64,000 nucleotides of DNA from the human T2T-CHM13v2.0 reference genome, Homo sapiens, in assembly GCF_009914755.1 (NCBI RefSeq), contig NC_060932.1. One strand, written 5' to 3'. Positions 16,128 to 31,407 of this stretch are shown here, in pieces (within the stretch, counting starts at the first letter, position 1; each line of letters begins with the position of its first letter). A program made the position numbers and the translations under genes. The notes beneath the pieces are model-generated. The model did no database searches and was not told the origin of the DNA. It saw nothing but the letters and a program-made list of their open reading frames with translations.

Positions 16128-17104
16128 GGTGGGGGCGGGGAGAAGTTTTATCCCATTTCAGCACCAATGTATAGAAAATCCTGGCAACAGAAACTTATTA
16201 CTTCCACTCGCATTAAAACTAGTCAAATAACAGCATCATACTGGGTGTGGGAAATGGACCGGTACAAGTCCAGTCCCAGTTCCATAACTTACTCGCCATA
16301 AGACAAAACATTTATCCAAATAGTTCTGGTCCCCAGTCTCCTTCAGTATAAAAGAAAGCACTCATGACCTGCTCTGCCCAACCGCAGGGCTGATGTGATC
16401 AGTTCTTAATATCATATTTACAATGTGCTTGCCACAAACATAGGGAATTAATATTTCACTATGCTTAAAAGATGAAAATACAAAATTGCTTTTATATTTA
16501 AATACTGTATATTAATAGTAACATTTTACAATTGAAACTCTAAAATACAAATATTCTGGACTATGTTACAGGTGAAAAATCAGAACAGGGAACCTTAGTA
16601 CTGTAATATCCACAAGTCCAAGATTAGTTCAAAGTGATGACTCAATTGTCTTTCGAATGTGCTGACTGATAGCAAAGAGGCAACATAATTTACAGACTTT
16701 ACCAAAGATAAAAGTATCTACATTGATTTTTTGAAAACACAGTTCAAATGGAGTATCAGCAGCTCACTAGACTTAAACTTTCAAGAAAAACAAGAGGTGA
16801 CAAAGCTGGAGTCTGAGAATAAACAATCTCCAATGTTTGCTACAAATCAATTCCTCCTAAGGAAGAGGGAAAGTTATCAGCCTCCTGAGCCTAGAATTTA
16901 ACTCCCAACTGACAGCACCAGCAGATCCAAGCAACATCTCCAAGGCTAAGCAGCAGAAATTAAATGAAACACCTATCTATGAATCAGAAGATTTAATTTA
17001 AAACTAGAGACTAAGGAAGGTTATTAGCACCCATTGATCATTTTCTATATACCTGGCACCTGTGTCAGAATAACCCCAGGAGACAAGGTACTACCCCCAC
17101 CTTC

Positions 17105-17230
17105 CAGCGTCCTGATGAGCCAACTGGGGAGCAAAGGTAATGAAATTTCACTCAAGGTCACATGGCTAATAGGAAAATCTCAGACATGAACCCAATTTTG
17201 CCTGTTAAGTCTGTGCACTCTCTATGACAT
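17105..17230 (-). mobile_element. MIR fragment
   Basis: gatgagccaactgggg, ctcaaggtcacatggctaatagg, gaaccca. Confidence 0.55.
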
Positions 17231-17728
17231 TACTGCACCAAATGTCCTGGATACCCATTACATTTTTCCAATTCTATAATAAAGTATGTCCCCAGGGTTT
17301 CATAATGGATGTCATGGTGGGCAAAATCTAGCTAAATGGTGAAATACCTCTATTTATTATTTGAAATTCAATAAAAACAGGAGGAAGGAGAGAAGAAAAG
17401 CAGTCCCTAGCACTGAAGGATGGAGGGCTAATCATTCAAGATCAAAACAACTCACACCATATAAGGAGAAAATAGTTTTCATTTGATTATATATCTACAA
17501 GGTTATACATTTTTAAATGTTCAGCCTAATAAGCTGTAACCAGAACTTTCCAACAAAATAGTCTTATCTGCAATATAAAATGGTTTAGGTTTTCTCATAG
17601 AAACAGAAATGTAGGATTTTTCTTACCTCCCTTTTCATTAACTGACCCTACTCTTTTAAATTCAAATTAAGAGTAAGTAAATCCCTTTGCAGAGGTGCCA
17701 TCAAAAACACTATAAAGCAACATCAGAA

Positions 17729-18017
17729 GGCTGGGCATGGTGGCTTACGCCTGTAATCCCAGCACTTTGGAAGGACAAGGTGGACAGATCGCCTGAGGCC
17801 AGGAGATTGCCACCAGCCTGGCCAACATGGGGAAATTCTGTCTCTACCAAAAATACAAAAATTATCCAGGCGCGGTGGCGCATACCTGTAGTGCCAGGTA
17901 CTCAGAAGGCTATGGCATGAGAATCACTTAAACCTGGGAGGCGGAGGTTGCAGTGAGCCGAGATCACACCACTGTCCTCCAGCCTGTGACACAGCAAGAC
18001 TCTGTCTCAAAAAAAAT
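17729..18017 (+). mobile_element. Alu (S-type)
   Basis: Full dimer. Confidence 0.95.
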
Positions 18018-19002
18018 CTGAAAGCAAAACAATTTTTTAACCCTTAAACAGAAAATACTTCTTCACAGCATTAAATCAAGTTCAATAACCAGCAAGTCTA
18101 GAGAACTATTGAAAAGTTTTACATAAATGCAAAACTACTCTGAAACACAAATCTTATTAGATGTAATGAGAAAAAAGAATCCTAGACTGCAAAGTTATCT
18201 GAATTCCTAAGTTGTACATACATTTTTCTCTAAACAGAAAACAGCCCAAGTCCCTAGTCAAAAGAAATTGTCAACTTGCGATTGTCTGCACGAATAGGGA
18301 ATGTCATAAATCATGAGTGGAATCAATTACGTACATGTATTTGCACATGGGTATGCCAGATGTTCTCAAACTGACTCTTCATAATAAAACAGTAACTCAG
18401 AAGCATCAGGAAACTTGGCACCTTCCAGCTCTGATGCTCTGCTCCCAAAGCCATGGCCGTTCAGTCGGACACAAGACTGAGGGTAAACTACCTTCCCTCT
18501 GCTTGCTGAGTATGAAACAATGGATGAGGGGGTGAGGGCAAGAGGAGAGGGCAAGGAGCAAGGCACAGAAAAGCAATAAGGAAATTAATACCTGTGGTTT
18601 AAAAGACCTTCCAGTAGCTGTGACTATCTGACAAAAGAATTTCAAATTCCCATGCCATCAGAGCTCTAGATGATTTATTCCAGACCACATCTGGGAGAAA
18701 TAATTATAAAAGTAAAAATGTACCCAGCATCCGAACATTTAGACCCTATCCTTAAGGAGCTTACAAGATGTAGCAAAAATATACTGGAAAAGGTAACTAA
18801 AGATTCTCATTGAGAGAAATTAAGAGACGCCAAAGAGTACAGTGCTAAGTATTTTCCTTCTTAATCCTTTTGGTGAGAAGGAAAAGGGTAAGCATGATTA
18901 ATGACAAGGATGCTTTATATAACCAAGAATGTCAATACAACCTACGTGACCAAACTTTGGTCAAGTCAGCAGGTGGAATTTTTAATGCAAAGCCCAACGT
19001 TA

Positions 19003-19500
<498 letters not shown>

Positions 19501-20724
19501 ATCAAACATAATATTCTAACAGCAAGGATTTTTACTCATGCTTTTTATTTATCATTTTACATGAAATATAAGCCTAACTATACACTACGTATAAATGACT
19601 TGGTTCTGTATGTGGGGCCTAGATTGGGGATCTAATACAACACGTGAATTTTTCTTGGTAGCTAGGTCTTGGCATGGCTCAGCCCTTTTAAATCCATTTC
19701 TCATTCTCCAATATCCTTCTACCCTATCCTGACCCACCAGCAAGGAGGACTTCTGCAATCCTCACTTCAATTAAAGCCTGTTGGCTTAGGGTCACAGTAA
19801 TAAGCAAATATGGTTCAATTCTGTAATTTGATTAACAACGAAATGATTAACAGTATAGCAGTTTACAGTATAATAAAAAATAAGATTTTAACAGTGCAAG
19901 GTGACTTAATCAGAATTCTGGGAAATATGACTCAACCACCTTGACACAGAGGTCAGGGGAAGGGGGTAGGTCTATGTTTCAATGTCATCTCAGAAACTGC
20001 TCATATCTATGCTGGCTTCTATTTTCATTCCGTAAAGCTAGCCAAGGGAGCTATGTTTTACGAGGACATGCAGTTTCAACTTCGTATCATTCATAGCTAA
20101 CAATCATGCAAAAATCTACAAAATAAACATTAAGGAAAATAAATTTCTTATTTGTCACTGAACACTGCTGAATACCTCCTATGAACTGCTTATCTGAAAT
20201 AAGGTGAAGAAATATTGATTCTTTTCATCCAGATTGGTATATGTGTAAATAACACCTGAGTTAAATATTACCATGTTTCCAATGTACAAAAAGCATAAAA
20301 GATAAGCTAACTACCCAACAGTCAAGACTTAATGAACACTGTCACAAACATTATTTACACAAGAATGTATGTTACGCCTCTTCTTCCTAGTCTCCTGATA
20401 AGTATGAGTCTTTCCCAAGATTCCCTTTTCAATGTCATTTTAGGACACAAAATGTCCTTAAATGTTTTAGTTAACAGTAGAAGATCAGAATAATTATATT
20501 TGATTAGTCCTCAAATTTAAATACTAATTTTCTTTTCTTCTGCATCATGCTTAAGACACAATTTACTTATAAGGTACACATTTATGCATTTAAAAGAATA
20601 AGGTCATTTAATGGTTTAAAAACCTCTTCCAATACATCTTACCTGAAAGACTGATCCATTCCTAGTCTGTTCTTCCCTTTAGATGAGTTCACACTGTGTC
20701 CTAGCAATAAAGCTTCTAGGTTAG

Positions 20725-21395
<671 letters not shown>

Positions 21396-22399
21396 CAAGA
21401 ACATTCTTACTTTAGATATGGGCCTGCTAGCAAGACTTAAGTGCAGTTCATTTTTAAATAAATACATTTTTATTACTCTTCAGTATGGAGCTTAAAGTCT
21501 AAGGAAAACCTATGAGCTTGTCAAGCCTCCCCTTCTGCTCCACACAACCTCAGTGAAATCTGAAATCAGCGCAATTTCGGGGCAAAGTCCACTCCCCAGG
21601 TGCGGCCTCCTTGCAACCTCTTTGCCCTTCCCAACTAGTCTGAGACACTCAGGACCTGCACTTCATCTTCTTTCAGTGCTCAGAAAGATTCTAATCAATG
21701 CCACTCCAAAAGTAAACATGTTTCCTCATCAGAAACTTTAAGTGACCTTAAGACTATCTTTACTTAATTTTACTGTTTGAAAATAAAGTTTCTAGGTTAG
21801 AATGAAAAAATGCGTAACCAGTGTGCAGACAAGAACATTCTTAATTTAGACAGGGGCCTGCTAGCAAGATTTAAATGCAGTTTATCTTTGAATAAATACA
21901 TTTTTATTACTTTACAATATACAGCTTGAAGTCTAAACTTTAATGAACAAAGTTATTTTGTAATCAAGATTTATATGCAAATACGTACTTCTAAAGTACC
22001 TGAAAGCTATTTACTTAAGTGAAGCACTTCCAAGTTCGACCTTGTTCACACTCTAAACTTGTTGAGAAAACCCACCCTTTCTTCCTTGATTGTGTAACAT
22101 TTATATATCAGAGCAATCACAAGTTGCCAATCTGCTTCTAGGGTATGAAAAGGAAGTTTTATCTTATGTATCCACATGGCAAAGAGCCCCCAAATCTGTC
22201 ACCTCCAAAATGGAAGTCTCTTTTACCATTTCTAAGGCCAAGTGAGCAAGAAAAAGTCATGATTAATGTCATCATGGAAAATTGCCCCATATCCAAGAGT
22301 AAATTCAAAGATTACTGAGGGATTTTTCTCTAAGAAAATAAATAAATAACCATCATCAGGGCAATCATCTACAAAACTTGGTTTAGAAATAAATTTTTA

Positions 22400-22699
22400 G
22401 GCCGGACTTTTAGGCCAGACACAGCGGCTCACGCTTGTAATCCCAGCATTTGGGAGGCTGAGGTAGGCAATCACTTGAGGTCAGGAATTCGAGACCAACT
22501 TGGCCAACATGGTGAAACCCTGTCTCCACTAAAAATACAAAAATTAGCCAGGCATGGTGGCGCACACCTGTAATCCCAGCTACTCAGGAGGCTGAGGCAG
22601 GAGAATCACTTGAACCTGAGAGGTGGGGGTTGCAGTGAGCTGAGATCGCACGCACCACTGCACTCCAACCTGGGCCACAGAGTGAGACTCCATCTCAAA
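22400..22699 (+). mobile_element. Alu (S-type) inserted directly 5' of an older Alu
   Basis: TSD aaataaattttta (22387-22399, 22698-22710). Confidence 0.95.
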
Positions 22700-22710
22700 A
22701 TAAATTTTTA

Positions 22711-23025
22711 GGCTGAGGGCGGTGGCTCATGCCTCTAATCCTAGCACTCTGGGAGGCTGAAGTGGGAGGATTTGCTTGAGCCCAGCAGTTCAAATCCAGC
22801 CTGGGCAACATGGCAAAACCTTGTCTCTACAAAAAATACAAAAATTAGCCAGGCATGGCGGCACATGACTGTAGTCCCAGATACTCAGGAGGCTGAGGCG
22901 GGAGGATAGCTTGAGCCTGGGACGTGAAGGCTGCAGTAAGCTATGATCATGCTACTGTATTCCAGCCTGGGTGACACAGCAATATCCCGTCTCAAAAAAT
23001 AAAATAAAATAAAATAAAATAAAAA
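22711..23025 (+). mobile_element. Alu (J-type) with (AAAAT)n tail
   Basis: ggaggatttgcttgagccc, cctgggcaacatggcaaaacc. Confidence 0.95.
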
Positions 23026-23911
23026 GTTAGAAGAAGAAATTACAAGTCAAATTCAACTCCTGGTTATACTGGACCATCCAAAACCAGGTATAAAGTCTCC
23101 CTGGTCAAAGTAGGCTTTTCGGGGCCAGATTTCAAGCTAGCTGAGTTCATACCATCCCATCTAGTCCTTCATTTCCTGTGGGTGGGATCGCTCATCCTCC
23201 TTCTCAGGAGGCCACAGTCACCACTGTATCCGCTGCTAAGTGGTCACCTCCCTCCGGGGCCTGCCTTCTTCCAGAGAAAGTCTGAGGCCATTTTTAAGTG
23301 CCCCTAAGCACGCAGATCCTGAACTCCAATTTCATCCTTATGGCTCAAATATGGTCCTATCGCTTACTCTTACGCTCTAAGCTTGGGGAATAAAAGGGAC
23401 TCAGGCTCTCATGGAGAACACACTTCCTTTAGTGAGGACTTTCAGGGTATATTCAAGCTTTCACAACACAGAGAAAGAACTCAACTTTGAGATATCAGGA
23501 AGACGTGTTCCCCCGCCCCCCCAAATAAATACTTTGCTGAGTAGCAGTATTGGAAATTAATCCAGGAAATTTTTTAACTACGTATGCAGTACATTTGTCT
23601 GGACATCAACAAGTCCGTATGAAACCACAATAATGACTATAAAAAGAAGAATCTGGCAAAATGATACTACAAATAGATTACTGACAATAAATGGAGTGTG
23701 AGCCTACTTTGTATAATCACAGAATAACAGATCTGAAAAACATTCAGTCTTAGGGATTTAAAACTTTCTGCTCTGATTTCAAAGGATGTTGTTCCTAATA
23801 GTATATACCAGGCCCAGTGGCTTCTCATCAACAAATGCAATTAGTTTTGCAACAGTCTCTAACCCAAGATATGGAAGTTCTTGCAATGAATTTGAAAAGA
23901 TTCTAATTTAG

Positions 23912-24215
<304 letters not shown>

Positions 24216-24294
24216 GGAAAATTTTTTTTAAATCTTCTACCACAGTCACATATAGTTCTGAAGCTACGATTTAGAAGTGTTAAAAATTCTGTTT

Positions 24295-25130
24295 TGAGAA
24301 AGTCAACAGATTTATCAACATTAAAGAAATTTGTGTATGTCAAAACTACTGTAAATATATAAAGCAAAGATAAAATGGGAAAAGTATCTGCAATATGAAT
24401 GGCAAAGATTTACTATCAATCCATAAAAGGCTCTTATGAATTAATGGAAAAATACTAATATCCCAGGAGAAAAATCTGGCACTACATCAAATTTCAAAAT
24501 GGAAAACAACTAGATTTCTTTGGTGTTCAAATCATCTGTAATCAAAGAAATTGAAGTTTAAATATAGAGAAAGCACTGTTCACCTATAAACCTGGGAAGA
24601 ATTTTTTTTTTTTTCCCTTTAAGGATGATTCTACATGTTGACAAGAATACGGTAACACCAGTATTCTCACAGAGAGCTGGTGGGAACATAATTTGGTTAA
24701 ACATTTTTTGGAAAGCAAATGGTCAATATGTATGAGGAGATCTTCCAACCATCAACTGTATTTCAAGGGCACTAAGGATATTAACCCTGCACATAAAGTT
24801 TTAAAAACGTATTTGTTGCAAAAGTATATTTAGTAAGTGGAAATAAATGAAAACCAGTTTGATACATCTATGTAATGTAATATTAAGTAGCCACTAAGAT
24901 TTCTGAAGATTTCATGACATGGAAAATTTTTCATGATACATTAATCAGGAAAAAACCTCCACGCAATAGTATATTTAGATAAACTATATAACTATAAAAA
25001 ATTTTTCTATATATTAACAAGTATTTTCTTAAATATTAACTGTGATTATCTTTGCTGAAATTGCTTAACTCACTTTACTCAATCTACCTATTTTTATACA
25101 GCAAGCACGGATTACTTTTGAAATCAAAAC
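24295..25130 (+). mobile_element. Old L1M (L1ME-type) ORF2 end / 3' UTR relic
   Basis: aaaatgggaaaagtatctgcaa, gtaatcaaagaaattgaagtttaa, gctggtgggaacataatttggt, ttttggaaagcaa. Confidence 0.65.
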
Positions 25131-26645
25131 AAACAGGGTTAACAGAACAGGGCTATTAAGTAACAGGCTTTTTAAATGCTTGAGTGTAATAACTGCAGGT
25201 TAGTTTCCAAAAAATATAAGATATTATCTAGAATCTTATAATCCTATTATACTCCAAAATGTAACCTTGACTTATTGACATAATTAAAAGGTCTTGTTCC
25301 AAGCATGATTTTCTACCAAGCAGATTTACCAAGAATTATTTTCTCTTCATAAACCTGATTTTAAAAAGAACAGGTGAAAAAACGTGGTGCAAGTTACATA
25401 AATAACTACATATTATTTTAAACTAAATTCCACTTCTAAGGTTTTTTAGCTTTGGTTTTAAGGATAAGCATGTAGTTCTAATCTTTTCTTTGTATAGCTT
25501 TCCTAATGGAATATATTGCCTATGAAAAAAAAAAAATCTGTAACAGCACTTTCTACACTGTAAAGCACTGTACTAACAGGACATCACCATTTTAAGTTGT
25601 GTATCATTTCCTGCCCTAACCATCCCTGAAAAAGCAATCTGTCTACAGAATTGCAATTCCGTTTATGCAATTCCTTTTAAAGTTGTCCATGCACTGTTAT
25701 CTTGTATATACCCTCCTTAAAGAGGTCACTGGTTCCCAGGAAGCAATGACTCTCTTTTTTAATCCCCTCCCTCCTGCATTGCCTCCCTTCCTCCTGAAAT
25801 TCACTGGTAACACCCCTACTCCCACCCTCCAGCCCCAGCGCTGTGATTTAGTGATGATTGACTTTCGATCACCTGCACCTGGCAAAACTTGAAAGCTTCC
25901 ACGCACCGTTTTGCCTAAGACTTTGGTTTCATTGAAACAAACAAAACACACTGGATTTCCTTTCTTAGAACACTGACTACTTCAAACAAACAGTATTTAA
26001 CAGAGTATGTGTAACTACGCAGGCTAAATGAATTAACCTCTTCCTTCCTAGTCCCAAATTACTCCAAGTCAAAAATCAACAAACAACTTGGTAGAAAGGA
26101 GTACGTCTTCAAAAAAGAACAAAAACGTTCCTCAGTGAACACCTAAGTCCACTAAGCACTATAGAGTAGTCAATAAGGTCACCTTAATTAAGATGAGATT
26201 TTTCTAGAGCGTGAAAAAGTGCAAACAAGCTGCAGAAAGTAGCGAGGCGCCACGAGGGGTCTTTGGGACCTGCAGCAACCCTATTCCACCCGCTTTCTCG
26301 GCCCCGCTTGCTTCTGCTGAGAAGGGGCCCTGCGAGAAGGCTGGGACCGCCGGGCCCGGGTGGGCGGCGTAAGGAGTCCACAGTCAAGCCCCTCGGTCAC
26401 TTTCAAGGTGACAGCGACGAGATCCGCATCCGTCCCTTCCGCAGGCTCTGCGCTGGCCCACGTGAGACCCGCCTCCGCTCCGCCGGCGCTGCCGCCCCCT
26501 TTAGCCCTCAGCTTCGGCCCCCAGGCCCCTGGAACGCCCCCTCCCCTCCCCGAGGACCGGTCCCGTCACCCTGGGCGGCGCGCTCGCCTGTCCCCTCCCC
26601 ACCCCGGCCGCCGGGCAGCGGGAACAGATTCCAGCGCGCACTTAC

Positions 26646-27130
26646 CCGCAGCTCCTTCAAGCGCTCCGGGAGCAAAGACGCAGAGGCGGGGAGGGCTGGC
26701 GCCCTTTGCACCACTGGCGGGGTCGCCGAGAACCCGCCCCGGAGGTCTCGGGGGCGGCGTCTGCACCTGGGGGCGCGCGGCGCGGCACCACCCCACGCCT
26801 GCGGCGGCTACCAGGCGGGACCCGGAGCCCCGGCCTCCCCGCCTCCCCGCCTCCGGGGCCGCCAGGGGGTGGAGCAGGGCGGGGAGTTCGGGAAACTTGT
26901 AAATAGCCGAACTCGGGCCTCCCGCCCCAACCCGGGGCGGCTCCTTCCGAAGGCTCCACTCCAGCGGCTCGCTGCGGGAGACCAAGGCCAGCCGCCGTCC
27001 CAGGGGACGGCCCTCGGGGAACCTGAATGACGTGCGAGGCCGTACCTCGGGGCGCTGGACTCCGCTCGGGCGCTCCCGCCCTCCGCTCCCGCTCTCGGGT
27101 CCCAATCCCGACGCTCCGCGCGCTCCCGGA
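26646..27130 (-). other. Putative non-coding first exon (5' UTR) of a minus-strand gene; TSS approximate
   Basis: Strong donor GCTGCGG|GTAAGT (exon ends 26646); weaker alternative donor CGAG|GTACGG at 27046; no minus-strand ATG between 26646 and ~27450. Confidence 0.6.
26859..26872 (+). promoter_or_regulatory. Candidate CTCF site
   Basis: CCGCCAGGGGGTGG closely matches the CTCF core CCGCNAGGGGGCGC. Confidence 0.5.
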
Positions 27131-27984
27131 CTAAGTGCGGACGCGCCCCACGCCCCGCGGCGCCAGCCCGGGACAGCGCTGCACCTGTTGCCACGTGCGA
27201 CGCGGCGCTCAGCGGCTGCCACTGCCGCCGGCGCACCTGGCTGCACCGCGCGTCCCGGGACCACGCTCGTCCCCGCAGGAGCCCGGGGCTCCGCCGCACC
27301 CAGCGCTAGGGCCCAGGCCGGGCCGCGGTAGGTGGGGGATCTGACTCCTGCTTGCCTCTGGCCACCTGCAGGCCGAGGGGCCTCGCACCGCGGGGCGTAT
27401 AGAAGGTGGGAAGGTTGCAGAATTATCAGGGCGGAAGCTTGCAAGGAAGGAGTCGTGATTGTCTCTTAGAAGGGCTGATTCGCAGTCTGTATTATCTTCA
27501 TGCTTCTAGCAAGTTTACTAGCAAGTGTGTATTAAAGGTTAAAGAAAGTAGCTTTCCAGCTATTAGAGCTTGAGATACAACGTGGAAAGGAGTCTAGAAC
27601 CCCAGGGAGATAAACTAGGCTCGACCTACTTTTCTCTAAACACAAACACAGTCCTTGCTGTTTGCTAAACTGAGCAAATTTCATCGACAGCTGTCTTCTA
27701 GGTCCGTAAAATATTTTCTTCTATAAAGCATATTTTTAATAGAAAACTTGTCCGAAGATGCTATTCTGCCTGTGAGAGATGTCACATTGCTGAACCGTGA
27801 AATGTCAGACAACCTGAGAACAAAATTTTAATATTTCCTTTTTAATTACCTGGATTGTGGTTTGCTAAAAGCTTTTAAAGAGAAGTGAACTTTTTTGGAG
27901 AATAGACGTAAGGACTCTGTATTTCACAGTTTTCTATACCATGAATATTAGAATAACTGACAGATGTCTTGCCATTGATAGTTG

Positions 27985-28165
27985 TAAAGACTTTTCATAT
28001 GTACAATGATCCATTATTTCCTGACTACAAAACCCAGGGGTATATAGGTCAGATTATCTCCATTATTCAAATGAGGAATTGAAGCTCAGAAAGGTCAAGT
28101 GACTAGCGCAAGGTCACACAGCCAGTGAGGGCAAGTGCAAACCCAGCCAGCCTAACTCCTAATCT
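27985..28165 (-). mobile_element. MIR
   Basis: attatctccattattcaaatgaggaattgaagctcagaaaggtcaagtgactagcgcaaggtcacacagc (MIR core). Confidence 0.85.
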
Positions 28166-29118
28166 TCTCTTTTAATTCCATTACATAATGACACCTCTCA
28201 TTTGCTTCAGAAATCCCTGTTGTAAAGATAGATGCAACTAGCATGATCCGTGTTGTTAGGAAAGGCATGTGATTAATTTTAAATAGATATAGTATTTAAC
28301 ACCACCAGATGAGTCTCCCTCTGAAAAAGCACACAAAAACAAAACAAAACGCTGACATAGTTTCCGCAAGTCACGAGGCAATTATGCTAATTAGCAACAA
28401 GCCTCCATCCCTAAGCAGAATAGTTCTTGTGTGAAACATATCATTTAATCTTTATAACCCTGATGTGACCTAGATGATTTGGTCTAAACCCCACAATCCT
28501 ATTGTGTGGCTTAGTTATATCTATAAATATAGAACCTGTTTTACTTCATTTTTGTGTCAGGTGGTTTGAAGGGGGGAAACATACAATGCTCTGCTAAGTA
28601 ATTAGAGCTACTTACGCAGGCATTGGGGAATCTGAAACTTAGCTTCTAATTGTCTCCACATAAAAACAGAAGTTAACTTCTAGGGACATCTTCAGGGACT
28701 CCTCAAGGCAAATATTCATGAAATGGGGCCTATTGGCTTTTCTTTTCATCTTGGTTCTGGGCATGTTGCCATGTTCCTGATCTCTGAACTCTGATGCTGA
28801 CCTGCTACAGACTCCAGGAGCAATATTAAGGATAAAATAATAACTCACATAACTTTGTGGCTCTTTATTCTAAAAAAAAAAAAAAAAGTTGGCTCAATTT
28901 TTTTTCCTCCATAAGAAAATGCAAATTGCAACTGTATTGAGAAACCATTTTTTCACTTATCAGATTGTCAAAGATTAGAAAGTTTGATAATCACAGTGTT
29001 GGTAAAAGTGTAGACTAGCAGTCACAATGAAAATGTAAATGTAAATTATAATGACCTCCCTAGGGGGAAGGTCAGGATACCTAACAATATTGCAACTATA
29101 CGTATAAGAGTTTATCTT

Positions 29119-29431
<313 letters not shown>

Positions 29432-29762
29432 TTACAACACACAGGAGAAATGGTATGTATCTACAACCTTGTTTATTTCAGCATTGTTTATAATAAGATA
29501 TATTTCAAATACAAATATTCTTTAGTAAAGGACTGATAAATCATGATATAGGCATAAAATGAAATCTTATGAAAGCTTTTAAAAAGACTGAGAAAGCTCT
29601 TTGTACTTTTATGAGATTATCTTCAATCTATGTCATGTGCATTTTTTAACACAAAACAATTACCTAATAGTATGCTACAATTTCTACTAAAAGGGAGGAA
29701 ATGATACAAACTTGTATAGATACATATATAGATATGTTTGTATAAGCATAAACTAAGCATAA

Positions 29763-30061
<299 letters not shown>

Positions 30062-30321
30062 CCCATAAAATATCTGGAGAGATATACCAGAAGCAGATAA
30101 CATTGGTTGTGTCTTGAGATGGGAGTTGGATAGTTAAATGGCAGCATTAGAAGAGAAATTTGTTACTAAATACAATTTTGTACTTTTTTTGGATTTTGAG
30201 CCATATAAATAACAGAACCCATTCTAATATTTTAAAATGTTTTACCACATGAAGTTTTGCCATCAGGAATGACCAAAGTTTCTCTGTGAACGAATTTCAC
30301 TTATAGATAAAATAAATGATT

Positions 30322-30626
<305 letters not shown>

Positions 30627-31281
30627 TTATCTAAAAAAGACAACTTTGGTACATAAAACTCTAACACAAGTGTGGTGAAAACGATGAATTAGCAAATTGT
30701 AAATTCCTTGCAATTTGATTAGCAGTGACATCTCCCTTGGCTAGGGCTTCCAGATAACTTTACCAAAGTTGCATTCAATCAGAAATGAAAAAAGTATTCC
30801 AGGCCTTAATTCTCAAGGGGAACTCCATGGAGTCATTGCCTTTGTTCCCAATCCGGGTCCCTTTTTTTTTATTTATGTTTCCTTATGGCACCATCTCACT
30901 GAGAAGGGAGTTGAACATCTTTAAAAGACAGAAACAGTACATTTTAAAAATAAATATTTCAAAGTGTAAGTATTTTTAGTATAAAATGGTATTCCCGGAA
31001 AAGCATACAGGTAATAGTAAACATACTATTGAGCAACGAATTAAAACACTGAGCTTCCTGAGACCCAGGTACCTCAACCGCTTACATAATTGTCATTTTC
31101 AAAAGAGGCTGAAAGTTTCTCAAAGGAAGAAAAACTTTTCCTAGCACTGAATTTTAAGAAAAATTTTTGTCACTCATTTTCAATTCAAGACTACAAAATG
31201 GAAAATGACAATATACTATTAAAATACCATAAGGAACTTCATGTGGCTATTTTTCATAGTGACTGTGAATAAAACTAGAAG

Positions 31282-31407
31282 TTTTTTTCTTCTTTTTTTT
31301 TAATAGAGACGGGGTCTCGCTATGTTGCCCATCCTGGGCTCAAGCAATTCTCCAGACTTGGCCTCCCAAAGTGCTGGGATTACAGGCGTGAGCCACTGTG
31401 CCTGGCC
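31282..31407 (-). mobile_element. Free left Alu monomer (FLAM-like)
   Basis: Left arm only with T tail. Confidence 0.85.

Larger units (their letters stand above)
26200..27450. promoter_or_regulatory. CpG island promoter (TATA-less, GC-box rich)
   Basis: Abrupt switch to very GC- and CpG-rich, repeat-free sequence with several GGGCGG/CCGCCC boxes inside an AT-rich, CpG-poor background. Confidence 0.95.

Noticed and set aside
27022-27046. Apparent minus-strand mini-intron GTACGG...TTCAG
   Set aside because: About 23 nt is far too short for spliceosomal removal.
26263-27444. Long ORFs (255, 180, 292, 163 aa) across the CpG island
   Set aside because: They overlap in several frames on both strands, mostly lack an ATG start and give low-complexity P/G/A/R peptides. 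This is expected from stop-codon scarcity at high GC.
26200-27450. Gene identity for the island; the architecture loosely recalls epithelial genes such as RBM47
   Set aside because: No coding sequence is present and I cannot verify the match. A BLAT search is needed, so no symbol is assigned.
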